Assembly (NCBI GenBank): GCA_963847705.1
Contig: CAWKBC010000030.1
Coordinates: 224,001-288,000, forward strand
From: an uncultured Pseudomonadota bacterium
GTDB taxonomy: Bacteria > Myxococcota_A > Polyangia > Fen-1088
Direction of reading: 5' to 3'
Length of the DNA stretch: 64,000 nucleotides
Shown: positions 27,229 to 36,578 of the stretch, piece by piece
Layout: the number at the start of each line of letters is the position of its first letter
Position numbering within the stretch: the stretch's first letter is position 1
Program-made: the position numbers and the translations under genes
Notes under the pieces: generated by a model
The model's database searches: none
Told to the model about the DNA's origin: nothing
The model's input: the letters and a program-made list of their open reading frames with translations, nothing else

Positions 27229-29205
27229 TCACGGCGCGACGACGGTCGCCCATCCGTTGCTCGGCATCGAGAACGAGAGCTTCTGGCCCTTGATCTGGAC
27301 GACGTAGGTCGACGCGCTGCCGGAGTTGTACATGACCGCGACCTCGCTGCCGTCCGGGTTCTTGAAGGCGATGGCGTCGCCGCCGCTGGTCGTCACCACC
27401 TTCGCGCCGATCTGGACGTACTGCGCGCAGTGCCGGAACACGTAGTAAGCCGGCGTGATGATCAGCGCCTTCGAGGAGGTGTTCACCGTCAGCAGCGCGT
27501 CCTGCGCCCACGACCGGGTCGTGTCGTTCCCCTTGCCGACCGTGTCGAGCACCATGTTCCAGGCGTTGTAGGCGGTCACGCCCGCCTTGGTGATCGCGTT
27601 GCGGATGTAGTCCCAGGACTCGACGCCGTAGGCCTGATCGTTGGGCGCCGGCTCCACGTACTTCGCGAAGGGCAGGCCGGTCCCCGAGTTGGTCCCGGTC
27701 GGGTTCCACGGGTAGTTGCCGCACTTGTGCTCGGTCGCCCAGACCGGGAGGCCGCTGGTCATGAAGTTCGACTGACCGACGCCGCTGCTGAGACCCTCAT
27801 AGAGGTCCAGCATGCCCCACTGCAGGCCCATCACCTTGGGGATCGCCTTGGCGGCCGAGTCGGCCTCCACGGCCTGGACCACCTTCAGATCGAAGCTGGT
27901 GGCGCCATTGTCGCCGTTGGACATCGTGCCGAGCATGATCTTGGTGCTGCCGGAGCTGGGGAACGCCGTCGCCAGCGGGCCCTTGAAGAAGGAGACGTAG
28001 TCCGCGGTGTTCCACAGGCAAGACGGATAGCCCTGCGCGTAGTTGGGCTCGTTCTGCGGCGCGAGCGTGTCGATGGTGATCCCCTGCCCGCCGTAAGCCG
28101 TCACCCACTTGGAGAGATAGGTGGCGAGGGCCGTCAGGTTCGCGCTGGTGGCGTTCATGCAGCCGCCATCGAAGTTCGTGCTGCCCACCTTGGCGCACGA
28201 GGTGCCGTTGGAGTTGCTGCCGCTGAACGTCTTCATCCAGGTCGGCGGGGTCCACGGGCTGGCCCAGAACCGGAGGCTGGGATTCACCTTCATCGCCGCC
28301 TTGACGTACGGGATGAGGTACTTCTGGTCCTGGGTGATGGAGAAGCTGCTCAGGCTGGTGTCGCCCGAGGTCTCGTCGTCGGTGTAACGCGCGAGCGCGT
28401 AGTCGCTGGCGCCGATCGGGATGCGCCCGATGCCGAAGTGGGCGGCGTCCGTACCGAACAGCAGGTCGAGCGCCTTGGCCTGATCGCTCGCGCTGAGCTC
28501 CAGCAGGTAGTTCCAGCCCATCTCATTGAAGGCCCCGCCGAAGCCCTCCCAGGTCTGCATCGTCGACGAGTCATTGACGGTCACGGTCGCGCTGCCGGTC
28601 GAGGTGGTCAACGTTCCGGTCTGCCAGTAGGTGCTGGCGCCGGTCGCGCCGTAGGAGGTGATCACAAGAGGCTGGGCCGGTGCCGTGCCGCCCGTTCCCG
28701 GCGCCGATCCACCGGTTCCGGTGCTGCTGCCACCCGTACCGGGGGCGCCGCCAGTGGCGCCGCCACCGGAGCCGCCAGTGGCGCCGCCGGTTCCCGGCGA
28801 TGATCCGCCGGTTCCGCTGCCACCCGTACCATGGGAGCCGCCGGTGGAGCCGCCGCTGCCGGGCGTGCCCCCGGTTCCGCTGATGGCGCCGCCGGTCCCG
28901 GTCGTCCCGCCGGTGGAGCCGCCACAGCTCTGGCCGCTCGGACACTGGCACTGGCTGTTCTGACAGGTTTCTCCGTTCGAACAGGGGCTGCCGCAGCCGC
29001 CGCAGTTCGCCGAGTCCGACGCGGTGTCGACACAGGTCGAGCCACAGAGCGTCTGGGTGGCGGAACAGGCGTTCCCGCTGTTTCCACCCGTGTTGCCCGG
29101 GCTTCCCCCGGTGCTGGAGTTACCGCCCTGCGAGCTGCTGCAAGCGGCGGTGAGGATTGCCAAGCCAAGACCCAAGAGCGATACGCGTGCGTTAGTCATC
29201 ACCAC
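27229..29205 (-). CDS. GH30 (beta-1,6-glucanase/glucosylceramidase-like) lipoprotein with myxobacterial Cys-rich module
   Basis: Lipobox LTAAC; CGSTCVDTASDSANCGGCGSPC; EGFGGAF, GRIPIGASDYA, ASPWTPPTWMK, QNEP, ATE, YYVFRH. Confidence 0.88.
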   Translation of the reverse strand: MVMTNARVSLLGLGLAILTAACSSSQGGNSSTGGSPGNTGGNSGNACSATQTLCGSTCVDTASDSANCGGCGSPCSNGETCQNSQCQCPSGQSCGGSTGGTTGTGGAISGTGGTPGSGGSTGGSHGTGGSGTGGSSPGTGGATGGSGGGATGGAPGTGGSSTGTGGSAPGTGGTAPAQPLVITSYGATGASTYWQTGTLTTSTGSATVTVNDSSTMQTWEGFGGAFNEMGWNYLLELSASDQAKALDLLFGTDAAHFGIGRIPIGASDYALARYTDDETSGDTSLSSFSITQDQKYLIPYVKAAMKVNPSLRFWASPWTPPTWMKTFSGSNSNGTSCAKVGSTNFDGGCMNATSANLTALATYLSKWVTAYGGQGITIDTLAPQNEPNYAQGYPSCLWNTADYVSFFKGPLATAFPSSGSTKIMLGTMSNGDNGATSFDLKVVQAVEADSAAKAIPKVMGLQWGMLDLYEGLSSGVGQSNFMTSGLPVWATEHKCGNYPWNPTGTNSGTGLPFAKYVEPAPNDQAYGVESWDYIRNAITKAGVTAYNAWNMVLDTVGKGNDTTRSWAQDALLTVNTSSKALIITPAYYVFRHCAQYVQIGAKVVTTSGGDAIAFKNPDGSEVAVMYNSGSASTYVVQIKGQKLSFSMPSNGWATVVAP

Positions 29206-29677
29206 CCTATATTCCCGGGCAGACCGAAACGGCCGCTCCGTGTTGCGAACTCTAGTGCGATCTGGCCGGGCGCGAACAGCACGAAGTCGTCTCGAAAGTG
29301 GCGCATCCTCTCATTATTGGCTGACGCGACCGTTACACCCCAATCGCGTTTGCACAGCAATTATCTACGCTTCCATTAATTGGAACGAGCGTTCCCACGA
29401 CTTGCAATCACGCGATAACGCGATCACGCGCGCGGTTCATCGCGGAGGATCGGCGGTGAGGACATCGGCGAAAACGGCGCCGCCGAGCGACCGGGCGCCT
29501 GGCCTCGCTGCCGCTGGTTGCGCGATCGGGCGTCGCTCAGGCAGGCAAACAGGCGGAAGTGATTCGGACCACGATCGGGGCCGCCGGGCAAGCTACCAGC
29601 GACGCAGGAACGAGAGCACGCACGGCTGAGCCGCGACCAGCGCGGCGAGCGCAAGGGGAGAGCGACCTCGGGAGGTT

Positions 29678-29824
29678 TTAGACGTGCGTCATATCGCCGG
29701 GCGACGAATCCTTCTGCGTCGCGCCGTCGTTATTGATGTTGTCGCTGCTGCTGCAGGCGATCGGAACAATCACGACCGCCAGGCCCAGAAGAATCCAGAA
29801 CGCGAAACCAGAAATTTTCCGCAT
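29678..29824 (-). CDS. Unannotated 48-aa small lipoprotein
   Basis: Translated by hand: MRKISGFAFWILLGLAVVIVPIAC-SSSDNINNDGATQKDSSPGDMTHV*. GAGGGG RBS and TATACT -10-like element upstream; below the ORF-track cutoff. Confidence 0.7.
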   Translation of the reverse strand: MRKISGFAFWILLGLAVVIVPIACSSSDNINNDGATQKDSSPGDMTHV

Positions 29825-29903
29825 GTTTCCCCTCACTTGCTTACCGGGGAGTATAGCGTCGCGAAAATGACCGTCTAGAGCAATCGTTTGCCGAATGCTG
29901 GGC

Positions 29904-31406
29904 TCAAACTCTGCGCGCGCTCAGAGCTCGTGGAAAAAGCCGGGCCTGGCCGGCAAGCCAGATCGGCAGCTCGGCGAGCCCCCCGAGCGCCTGAAGCCCT
30001 GCGGCCATCGTCGTTCGACCGTCGGTCAGCGGCCCGGCGGCCATCGCTCGGAGCGCCCTCAGCGCGCGCCGCGACCGGAACTCGGCGTGCACGGTGCGCG
30101 ACAGCGTCCGGTAAAAGGCGCGCGAGAAAGGGCCGGGGAACAGCGGATCCAGGTCGTCGCTCTCGCGCCAATTGCGCTTTTCTCCCAGCTGCGCCCGCAC
30201 CCGTTCGTGGAAACGGGTTCCGGGCAGCGGATAGCTGACGGAGATCCCGATCTCGTCGGGGGCGAGCTCGCGGATGAGCTGCCGGGTCATCTCGATCTCG
30301 CGCCAGCCCTCTTCGGGATAGCCAAACTGCAGGAAGAAGCCGACGCGAACTTCGGCGGCGCGCAGGCGGGCCACGGCGCCGCGCACGTGGGCGATGGTGA
30401 TCCCTTTGTCCATCGCGTCGAGCACCGCCTGCGAGCCCGACTCGACGCCCATCCAGGCCTCGGCGCAGCCGGCGCGGCGGAGGGCAGCGACGTTCTCCTC
30501 GGTCATCAGATCGGCCCGCGTCTGGCAGAGAAACGGCGTGGTCAGGCCGGCCGCCGAGATCTTCTCGGCGAACGGGAGCAGCCAGCGGGCCTTGAGGCCG
30601 AAGATGTCGTCACAGAACCAGAGGTGATCGGGCGCGTAGCGCTCGCGCAGGAGTCGGATCTCGGCGACGACGCTCTCGGGCGTTCGCGTGTGGTACGTGT
30701 TCCCGTAGACCGGCTTCGCGCACCAGTTGCAGAGATAGGGGCAGCCGCGCGTGGTGACGACGTTGAGCGAGAAGTAGCCGTGGCGGCGCCGCCAGAAGGC
30801 GCGGTAGCGCTCGACCTCGACCAGATCCCAGGCGGGGAGCGGCAGCTCATCGAGGTTCTTCAGGAGCGCGCGCGGGCCGGACTTGCGCTTCATCCCGAGC
30901 TGCTTCCAGACGAGACCCGGGATGTCGTCGACCTTGGCGGGCGCGGCGTGAGGAGCCGCGCCGGGCGCGGCGTCGAGGCGCGCCGCCAGCTCGCCCAGGG
31001 TCAGCTCCCCCTCGCCGACGATGATGTAGTCGGCGCCGGCGGCCAAATAAACGTCCGGGGCGTCGGCAGCATCATGCCCGGCGACGATCACCCGGGCTCC
31101 CGCGGCGCGCGCCTGGCGGGTCATCGCCAGCGCCGCCTCGCGCATGCGGCCCAGGCACATCTTGGTGAACCAGTTGAAGACGTCGTCGTAGATGACCACC
31201 AGCGTCGGCGAAAAACGCCTCAAGGCAGCCTCAAAACCGCTGATGTCGTCGTCGAGCATCGGATCGAAGAGCGCCACGTCGTGGCCGGCGGCGCGCAGAT
31301 GCGCCGCGGCGGTGATGGTCCCGAGCGGTGGATACGGCTTGCCGATCGCGTGCTGCTTGCGATCGAACCGCAAGAGGTGACCGTGCGTGAAGAGGACGCG
31401 CGCCAT
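29904..31406 (-). CDS. Cobalamin-binding radical SAM protein (class B methyltransferase-like)
   Basis: N-terminal B12-binding domain (YPPLG, GEGE, LDELPLPAWDL), TTRGCPYLCNWC, FCDDIF, GVESGS, YPLPGT. Confidence 0.9.
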   Translation of the reverse strand: MARVLFTHGHLLRFDRKQHAIGKPYPPLGTITAAAHLRAAGHDVALFDPMLDDDISGFEAALRRFSPTLVVIYDDVFNWFTKMCLGRMREAALAMTRQARAAGARVIVAGHDAADAPDVYLAAGADYIIVGEGELTLGELAARLDAAPGAAPHAAPAKVDDIPGLVWKQLGMKRKSGPRALLKNLDELPLPAWDLVEVERYRAFWRRRHGYFSLNVVTTRGCPYLCNWCAKPVYGNTYHTRTPESVVAEIRLLRERYAPDHLWFCDDIFGLKARWLLPFAEKISAAGLTTPFLCQTRADLMTEENVAALRRAGCAEAWMGVESGSQAVLDAMDKGITIAHVRGAVARLRAAEVRVGFFLQFGYPEEGWREIEMTRQLIRELAPDEIGISVSYPLPGTRFHERVRAQLGEKRNWRESDDLDPLFPGPFSRAFYRTLSRTVHAEFRSRRALRALRAMAAGPLTDGRTTMAAGLQALGGLAELPIWLAGQARLFPRALSARRV

Positions 31407-31443
31407 GATGTTTGTGTGTCCGCCTCACCTGGCGGGCGGGGCG

Positions 31444-32274
31444 ATGAGTATACTCCGCGACGTGACGGTACCCGGCGGCGGCGCGGACGCGTTCGACGCG
31501 CTCGCCTCTCGTTACGACGCGCTGTTTTCCCCGGCCGCGAATCCGCTGATTGCGCTCGCGCGCGCACGGGTGCACGCGGCGCTGGCGCGGCACTTCGCTC
31601 CCGGCAGCGCGCTCCTGGAGGTGGGCTGCGGCACCGGGGAGGATACCCATGCGCTGGCCGAGCGCGGTCACACGTTGGTGGCGTGCGATCCCGCACCCCA
31701 GATGCTCTCCCGGGCCGAGGCCAAGCTGACCGCGGCCGGCCGCGGCGCTGCGGTGCGCTTCGTGCGTGGCAGCGCCGCCACGCTGGCCGCAGACTGGCCG
31801 ACGCTGGGCGTGCGCGTCGACGGCGTTTTTTCGAACTTCGCGCCGCTCAACTGCGAGCTCTCGCTGGCTCCGGTCCGCCGGCTCCTGGAACAGGCGCTCT
31901 TGCCGGGGGGACGTTTCGTCGGCGTCGTGCTGCCCAGGATCTGCCCGCTCGAGATCGCGCTCTTTCTTGCGCGCGGCGAGCCGCGCACGGCGTTCCGGCG
32001 GTTTCGGTCTGCGCCGGTGGCCGACGTCGATGGGCGGACCTTCCCGATGCGCTATTACGGCCCGCGGGATTTCGATCGGGCGCTCGGCACCGGATTCCGC
32101 CGGGTCGAGACCAGGAGCCTGGGGCTCTGCTTGCCGCCGCTCAGCTTCGGTCCAGGTATGGCGCGGACGCCGAGGTTGCTCGACGCGCTGGCGGCCCTCG
32201 AGGATCGTCTGGCGGGGTTGCCAGGCCTTTGCCACCTCGGCGATCACGTCATCGTCGTGTACGAGCGGGTCTGA
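31444..32274 (+). CDS. Class I SAM-dependent methyltransferase
   Basis: FDALASRYD, LLEVGCGTGED, DGVFSNFAPLNC, LLPGGRF. Start ATG 31444 or leaderless GTG 31462. Confidence 0.9.
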   Translation: MSILRDVTVPGGGADAFDALASRYDALFSPAANPLIALARARVHAALARHFAPGSALLEVGCGTGEDTHALAERGHTLVACDPAPQMLSRAEAKLTAAGRGAAVRFVRGSAATLAADWPTLGVRVDGVFSNFAPLNCELSLAPVRRLLEQALLPGGRFVGVVLPRICPLEIALFLARGEPRTAFRRFRSAPVADVDGRTFPMRYYGPRDFDRALGTGFRRVETRSLGLCLPPLSFGPGMARTPRLLDALAALEDRLAGLPGLCHLGDHVIVVYERV

Positions 32275-34073
32275 TGTCAGGGGCGCCCGCCGTGGAGCGA
32301 CTCCGGGCGTGCGGGCGCGCCGCGCTGATGCTTCTGGCGGCGCTGCTCCCCTTCGAGAAGCTCGAGCCGCTGGCGCGCATCGGGCCGCTGCAGCTCTCCA
32401 GCGTCGAGCTGTTTCTCTATCTGGCGCTGGCGGTCTGGGGCCTCACGCTCGTCGCCGGCTGGTGGGCGGGCGACCGCGATGTGCTGGAGCGGCTGGAGCG
32501 GGCGCCGCTGGCGCACTGGGCCGTCGCGCTGTTCGGCCTGGTGCTTCTGCTCTCGGCGGCGCTCGCGCCCGCCCTGCGTGGGACGGCGCTCAAGTTCGCG
32601 CTCCGCAGCCTGGGGGGAATGTTGCTCTATGCGGCGGCCGCCGATCTGCTGCGCGCACCCGGGGCGACGGCGCGGGTGGCGAAGGCGCTGGTCGGCGGGG
32701 CGCTGGTCGCCGCGCTGCTGGCCGTCGCAGAAGCGCGCTCGGCCCAGGTCGGGGCGCTGCTTCACGCGTTCCACCTCAAGACCTTCGAGGCGCTCGGCCG
32801 CCCCCGCGCGAGCGGCCCGTTTCAATATCCCAACATCGCCGCCATGTACCTGGAGGCGGTGGCGCCGCTGGCCGCCGCGCTCGGCGCGGCGGCGTTCGCG
32901 GCCCACCGATCCCGATCCCATTTGGGGCTGGTCGGCCTCATGCTGGTGCTGTCTCTGTTGCTCGACGGTGTTCTGGCCACCGCGTCGCGCGCCGGCCTGG
33001 TCGGCGGCCTGGCGGCCGTCGCCGCGCTGGCGGTTTTCTACGGCCGGCAGCGCGAGACCCGCGCGGTCGCGCCCGCGCTTCTGGCGACCATGGTTCTGAT
33101 GACGGCGCTCGCCTCGGGCTCGGCGCTGGGCGGGCGGTTTCGTTTTTGGCAGGACGAGGCCTGGTACCGCGCGGTCATCACGCCGGCGGCCGGGCAAAGC
33201 GGGCAAGTCGGGCGGCTGCCGCGGGAGCTCGCCCCCGGCGGCACGGCGACGGAGCTCCTGGAGGTCGAAAACCGCGGGGCGCTCCCCTGGCTGCGCGTAC
33301 CGCCGTGCCCGGTGGCGCTCTCGTACCACTGGCTCGATGCGGGAACGGGCGCCGTGGTGGTGCGCGACGGGCTGCGCACGGTCTTACCGAGCGATCTCAC
33401 CACCGGCGAGCGCGTCCAGGTCCGGGCCCGGCTCCGCGCGCCCTCTCAGCCGGGCCGCTACATCCTCTGGTGGGACCTGGTGCACGAGCACACCACCTGG
33501 TTCAGCGAACGGGGCAACCCCGGGCTGCGTGAGCCGATCGTCGTCAACGACCGGGGTGGCCTCGCAGCGATCGTGCCAGCGCGGCCCGCGGTCGTCTCCG
33601 GCCGGGACGTTCCGGCGAGAGCGGCGCAGTTTCCGATCGTTCAGCCGGGCACGCCCGACGAGAACTCGCGCAGAACGCTCTGGCGGGGCGCCATCGCCGC
33701 CTGGCGCGCGCATCCTCTCCTGGGGATCGGCCCCGACAACTTCCGGCACCTCTCGGGACAGTTCCTGGGGCGCGACCACACCGACGAGCGGATGCATGCC
33801 AACAGCCTCTACTTCGAGATCCTGGCCGACCTGGGGATGGCGGGCGTGCTGGCATTCTTGGCGATGGTCGCCGCGTTCGGGGGTGCTGCCCGCCGGGCGG
33901 TCGCGGCGCCGGTCAGTCGAATCCTGGCGCTCGGCGTGGCCGCCGGGCTGGCCACCTATCTCTTGCACGGCCTGCTCGACTACTTCCTGGACTTCACCCC
34001 GACCTACGCTCTGTTCTGGCTGCTGGCGGGGATGGTGGTGGCGATGGACAGGTCGCCGGAGACCGCCGCATGA
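32274..34073 (+). CDS. O-antigen ligase/Wzy_C-family membrane protein with inserted Ig-like domain
   Basis: TGATG overlap; many TMs, RASGPFQYPN, TASRAG, HPLLGIGPDNF, HANSLY, HGLLD; soluble insert ENRG..W...PGRYILWWDLVHE..TWF. Confidence 0.85.
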   Translation: MSGAPAVERLRACGRAALMLLAALLPFEKLEPLARIGPLQLSSVELFLYLALAVWGLTLVAGWWAGDRDVLERLERAPLAHWAVALFGLVLLLSAALAPALRGTALKFALRSLGGMLLYAAAADLLRAPGATARVAKALVGGALVAALLAVAEARSAQVGALLHAFHLKTFEALGRPRASGPFQYPNIAAMYLEAVAPLAAALGAAAFAAHRSRSHLGLVGLMLVLSLLLDGVLATASRAGLVGGLAAVAALAVFYGRQRETRAVAPALLATMVLMTALASGSALGGRFRFWQDEAWYRAVITPAAGQSGQVGRLPRELAPGGTATELLEVENRGALPWLRVPPCPVALSYHWLDAGTGAVVVRDGLRTVLPSDLTTGERVQVRARLRAPSQPGRYILWWDLVHEHTTWFSERGNPGLREPIVVNDRGGLAAIVPARPAVVSGRDVPARAAQFPIVQPGTPDENSRRTLWRGAIAAWRAHPLLGIGPDNFRHLSGQFLGRDHTDERMHANSLYFEILADLGMAGVLAFLAMVAAFGGAARRAVAAPVSRILALGVAAGLATYLLHGLLDYFLDFTPTYALFWLLAGMVVAMDRSPETAA

Positions 34074-35413
34074 CGCGCGACGAAGCGCTGGAGGCGTTGC
34101 TGCTCGTGCAGTACGTCGCGCTGATCATCGGAGCGCTCCTGCTGGCGCGGCTGGCCCACGTTGGTGCAGCGCACCTCTTGCGGTCGCTCAAGCCGCCGCT
34201 GGCGCCAGGTGAGTACGTCCATCTGCTGGTGGTCTTCCTGCCGATCTGGATGTTCGCCGCCGAGCGGCTGGGGATCCATCGCATCCACGTCGTCACCGGG
34301 CCGCGCACCGAGCTGGCGCGCCGGCTGATCCTCACCCAGGCCTGGGGGTTGGCGGCGGTCGCGTTGATCCTGGTGGCCGCGCAAACCTCGCTCAACCGCT
34401 CGCTGATCGGCATCTTCTTTCTTCTCTCCACGACGTTTCTCCTCGCCGCCAGCTCGCTCCAGCGTCGTTTCGTGGCCCGCCGCCGGGGCGATTCGCTGGT
34501 GCTGGTGATCGGCGAGGTGGCCGACGAGGCGCTCGGCGAGATCGAGCGGGCCCGCGGCCGGCGCGTGGCCCGCCGCCCGTTCTCGGGACCCGCGGAGCTG
34601 GAGGAGCGGCTGCGCCGGGATCCCGTCGACGAAGTCGTGCTGTCGGCGTCGCTGTCGGCGGACGACACGCGCGGCCTGGTCGAGCTGATGTCGGAGCACG
34701 GGATTCCGGCGCTGGTGCCGCTCACCCGCGGTGTCGACGGATTTCCGCCGCCGCAGGTGGAGCCGGTCGGCCTCGCGCAGTACCTCGTCTACCAGAGGCG
34801 CCGCCCGAGCGTGCCGTCGCTGGTCATCAAGGCGATCTGCGATCGGCTGCTCGCCGCGCTGCTGCTGGTGCTCCTCTTGCCTTTTCTGCTGCTGCTGGCC
34901 CTGGTCGTGCGGATCTTGGTGGGGAGCCCGCTGCTCTACGTCCAGCGGCGCGGCGGCCTCTACGGGCGCCCGTTTTCGATGCTGAAGTTCCGGACCATGC
35001 GCCTGGGCGCCGAGGCAGAGCGGGCGGCGCTGCTGCCGCAGAACGAGATGGACGGACCGGTCTTCAAGCTGACCAACGATCCGCGCGTCACCCCCTTCGG
35101 GCGGTTCCTGCGGCGCTTCAGCCTCGACGAGCTGCCGCAGCTCTTCAATGTGCTGGTGGGCCAGATGAGCCTGGTCGGCCCGCGCCCGCTGCCGGTCGAG
35201 GAGACCGCGGCGCTGGTCGGTGGACACCGGCGCCGCCTCTCGATGCGCCCGGGGCTGACCTGCTCCTGGCAGGTGGGGGGGCGGAGCGAGCTGCCGTTCA
35301 ACGAGTGGATGGCGCTCGATCTCGCTTACGTCGACCGCTGGAGCCTGGGGCTCGACCTGGCCATCCTGCTCCGGACGCTCCCGGCGATCGTCAGAGGGCG
35401 GGGGGCGCGCTGA
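34070..35413 (+). CDS. Polyprenyl-phosphate glycosylphosphotransferase (priming sugar transferase, WcaJ/WbaP-like)
   Basis: [60 protein letters not shown]. Confidence 0.93.
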   Translation: MTRDEALEALLLVQYVALIIGALLLARLAHVGAAHLLRSLKPPLAPGEYVHLLVVFLPIWMFAAERLGIHRIHVVTGPRTELARRLILTQAWGLAAVALILVAAQTSLNRSLIGIFFLLSTTFLLAASSLQRRFVARRRGDSLVLVIGEVADEALGEIERARGRRVARRPFSGPAELEERLRRDPVDEVVLSASLSADDTRGLVELMSEHGIPALVPLTRGVDGFPPPQVEPVGLAQYLVYQRRRPSVPSLVIKAICDRLLAALLLVLLLPFLLLLALVVRILVGSPLLYVQRRGGLYGRPFSMLKFRTMRLGAEAERAALLPQNEMDGPVFKLTNDPRVTPFGRFLRRFSLDELPQLFNVLVGQMSLVGPRPLPVEETAALVGGHRRRLSMRPGLTCSWQVGGRSELPFNEWMALDLAYVDRWSLGLDLAILLRTLPAIVRGRGAR

Positions 35414-36566
35414 GCCGGGATTCCGCCAACGTCTCCAGGGAAGAGTCGACGAAGGCGCCGAAGCGCCGCTCGAAGCTGGTGCGATCGAAACGCTGGGCCG
35501 CGGCGCGCAGCCGCGCGGGCTCGAACGCCAGCCGTTCGAGCCGATCGAGGGCGGCGGCGAGCGCCTCCGGCGTCGGTTCGGCGAAGAGCACGCCGGTCTC
35601 CCCGTCGCGCACGGAGTCGAGCGAGCCGCCCGCGGCGAAGGCGACCACCGGCCGCCCGGCGGCCAGCGCCTCGACGGGAACGATGCCAAAGTCGTCGAGC
35701 GCCGGGTGGACGACCGCGCGGCAGGCGGCGTAGAGGCCGAGCAGCTCGTCGTCGTCGACGCGGCCGCGCAGCTCCACGTTCGGACCGGCCAGGCGGGTCA
35801 GCGCCGCGCGTTGGGGCCCGTCGCCCACGACGACCAGGCGCCTGCTCAGCCCGGGTCGCCCCGGTCGAGAAAAGGCGCGCACCGCCAGCTCGACCCGCTT
35901 GTAGGGGACCAGCGCCGAGACGCAGAGGTAAACGCCTTCGCCTGCCGGTGACGGCAGGGGGTCGGGGACCCGCGCGAACCGCACGGCGTCGACCGGCGGC
36001 TCGATCACCTGGGAGTCACGGCCATACACCCGGCGGATGCGCGCCTGCGTGTAGACGCTGTTGGCCGCCATCGCGTGCACCCGCGCGGTCGAGGCGACGT
36101 CCCACCGGCGCAGGCGCCGCGAGAGCGCCGCGAAGGCCGCGCGACCGAGGAGGCCGCCGGGCACCGCCGGCGCGTAGTCGTCCGCCGCCTCCCAGATGTA
36201 ACGCATCGGCGAGTGGACGTACGACAGGTGCAGGGCGCGGGGGGCGGCGATCGCCCCTTTGGCCACGGCGTGGCTGCTGGAGATGATCAGATCGAACTCG
36301 CCAAGCGGCAGCGATTCGATCGCCTTTGGAAAGAGCGGCAGCAACATCCGGAAGCCGGCGGCGCCGAGCGGGAGGTGTCGGGCGAGCAGATCGGTGAAGG
36401 CGGTGCGCACGTCGTGCGCGGCGATCGTGGCGGAGACGGCGCGCCGCTCGTAGCGCAGGGTGAACACGGGGGCGCGCGGGTAGAGGCGGCAGAGCGATTC
36501 GAGCACGCGCTCGCCCCCCCGCATGGAGACGATCCAGTCGTGCACGATTGCGATCCGCGGCGCCAT
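35391..36566 (-). CDS. GT4 glycosyltransferase (WbaZ-like mannosyltransferase type)
   Basis: IVHDW...[51 protein letters not shown]. Confidence 0.92.
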   Translation of the reverse strand: MAPRIAIVHDWIVSMRGGERVLESLCRLYPRAPVFTLRYERRAVSATIAAHDVRTAFTDLLARHLPLGAAGFRMLLPLFPKAIESLPLGEFDLIISSSHAVAKGAIAAPRALHLSYVHSPMRYIWEAADDYAPAVPGGLLGRAAFAALSRRLRRWDVASTARVHAMAANSVYTQARIRRVYGRDSQVIEPPVDAVRFARVPDPLPSPAGEGVYLCVSALVPYKRVELAVRAFSRPGRPGLSRRLVVVGDGPQRAALTRLAGPNVELRGRVDDDELLGLYAACRAVVHPALDDFGIVPVEALAAGRPVVAFAAGGSLDSVRDGETGVLFAEPTPEALAAALDRLERLAFEPARLRAAAQRFDRTSFERRFGAFVDSSLETLAESRLSAPPAL

Positions 36567-36578
36567 GACGGAGGTAGG

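Noticed and set aside
29371-29398. TTCCA-N5-TGGAA and GAGCGTTCCCA as a LacI/CelR-type operator upstream of the GH30 pair
   Set aside because: Only a half-site matches, and no second copy or cognate regulator is in the window.
29904-31406. Radical SAM as a hopanoid methylase or HpnJ (hpnP/hpnR/hpnJ)
   Set aside because: It lies about 26 kb from the hpn cluster, inside a glycan locus, and I see no diagnostic motif; phylogeny would be needed.
29895-32273. N-terminal ~790 aa of the 1392-aa ORF as a giant fusion protein
   Set aside because: It overlaps the radical SAM (antisense) and the methyltransferase (other frame); the real gene starts at the coupled ATG 32274.
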